A stretch of 7,528 nt of DNA from a virus (taxonomy: Duplodnaviria > Heunggongvirae > Uroviricota > Caudoviricetes). The position numbers and the translations under genes were made by a program. The notes below the pieces were generated by a model. That model was given only the letters and a program-made list of their open reading frames with translations, had not been told where the DNA came from and searched no databases. Location: the IMG/VR virus record IMGVR_UViG_2534681703_000021; one strand, written 5' to 3'. Shown in pieces: positions 6,876 through 7,528 of the stretch; position 1 is the first letter of the stretch, and each line of letters opens with the position of its first letter.

Positions 6876-6990
6876 CCGTTTAACTCCGTGGTTAATGGGT
6901 GAGTGGTATTTTCAGTTGTGCCGGAGATGTCAGGCTATTTGTCCCGGTTGGCTAAGGGATGACACAATTTATTCTTTGTCGCTGATGAGG
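6876..6990 (-). promoter_or_regulatory. Region expected to hold the Ogr-dependent late promoter for the FI operon (P_F); contains dyad GACA-N12-TGTC at 6961-6980
   Basis: Only 59 bp separate the invertase stop from the FI start, so the promoter must overlap the invertase 3' end. The perfect 4-bp dyad with a 12-bp spacer is centred about 95 bp upstream of the FI ATG. It is not the TGT-N12-ACA arrangement I recall for P2/P4 late promoters, and no convincing -10 was found. Confidence 0.25.
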
Positions 6991-7528
6991 GAAATTTTTT
7001 ATAGAGCGTGGACAGGCCAATATCAAAAATCAGCGCCACACGTTGACGAGATTCCCCCGCAGCCAGCAACCGTCCGACCTGCTCCCACTCACTCGTGGTG
7101 AGTTTCGGTCGTCTGCCACCAATACGACCTTTGGCTCTGGCTGCTTCCAGTCCGGCGCGTGTCCGCTCGACAATGAGTTCTCGTTCCATTTCAGCCAGGG
7201 CACCCATCACATGAAAGAAAAAACGCCCCATCGGCGTGCTGGTATCAATGGCATCCGTCAGGCTGCGAAAATTAATGCCGCGTTCGCGCAGCTCCTCAAC
7301 CAGAATGACCAGATGCCGCATACTACGCCCCAGCCGGTCCAGCTTCCAGACCACCAGTGTATCCCCCTCCGATAATGTCCTGAGCAGTTTTTTCAGTCCC
7401 GGCCTGTCGGACTTCGTGCCGCTGATTTTGTCCTCAAAAATCAGCTCACATCCTGCGCACTCCAGCGCGTTACGCTGCAATTCCGTGTTCTGGTCATTTG
7501 TTGACACGCGTACATAGCCAATAAGCAT
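6935..7528 (-). CDS. Serine recombinase, DNA invertase (Gin/Pin/Cin/Hin family), 197 aa, complete
   Basis: N-terminus MLIGYVRVSTNDQNTELQRNAL with the catalytic Ser in VRVSTNDQ; resolvase/invertase core motifs (GDTLVVWKLDRLGRS, MGRFFFHVMGALAEMERELI); C-terminal HTH (GRRPKLT...LSTLYKKFP). The ATG is the last three bases of the window (7526-7528), so promoter and RBS lie outside. TAG stop at 6935-6937. Confidence 0.9.
   Translation of the reverse strand: MLIGYVRVSTNDQNTELQRNALECAGCELIFEDKISGTKSDRPGLKKLLRTLSEGDTLVVWKLDRLGRSMRHLVILVEELRERGINFRSLTDAIDTSTPMGRFFFHVMGALAEMERELIVERTRAGLEAARAKGRIGGRRPKLTTSEWEQVGRLLAAGESRQRVALIFDIGLSTLYKKFPSSATKNKLCHPLANRDK

Larger units (their letters stand above)
145..7528. 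mobile_element. P2-like prophage, right-hand end: invertase, tail module FI-FII-E/E'-T-U-D, ogr, terminator and att core; continues beyond the window end
   Basis: Nine co-oriented minus-strand genes with P2 gene order and P2-like product lengths, short or overlapping junctions with Shine-Dalgarno motifs, followed by a terminator and a P2-type att core. The left 144 bp is AT-rich and lacks long ORFs. Confidence 0.85.

Noticed and set aside
6895-7375. Plus-strand ORFs of 68 and 110 aa (6895-7101, 7043-7375) and 93 aa (7236-7517) overlapping the invertase gene
   Set aside because: Antisense to a clearly recognisable serine recombinase; no RBS or conserved motifs.
1-7528. CRISPR arrays, tRNA or rRNA genes, insertion sequences
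   Set aside because: No regularly spaced direct repeats, no cloverleaf-compatible segments and no transposase-like ORFs or terminal inverted repeats were seen; intergenic space is minimal.

Overview
The window is almost entirely the tail and late-control end of a P2-like (Peduovirus-type) myovirus prophage, with every gene on the minus strand and tightly packed. Reading in the direction of transcription (high to low coordinate): a complete Gin/Pin/Cin-family serine DNA invertase (7528..6935), tail sheath FI (6875..5685), tail tube FII (5672..5154), tail chaperone E (5097..4822) with its -1 frameshift product E+E' (to 4670), tape measure T (4677..2230), U (2215..1736), D (1736..573) and the zinc-finger late activator Ogr (491..273). 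These are followed by a strong intrinsic terminator (about 236..265), short direct repeats, and a 27-bp sequence (145..171) that I recognise from memory as the P2 attachment-site core, so positions 1..144 are probably flanking host DNA (prophage right junction). Product lengths (396, 172, 91/142, 815, 159, 387, 72 aa) match phage P2 as I recall them. The feature that departs from canonical P2 is the invertase sitting where P2 carries Z/fun; it implies an invertible tail-fibre (host-range) segment just beyond the window end. No rRNA, tRNA or CRISPR array was seen. All family assignments rest on reading the translated ORFs and on recalled knowledge of P2, Mu and Hin systems; no database search was possible.
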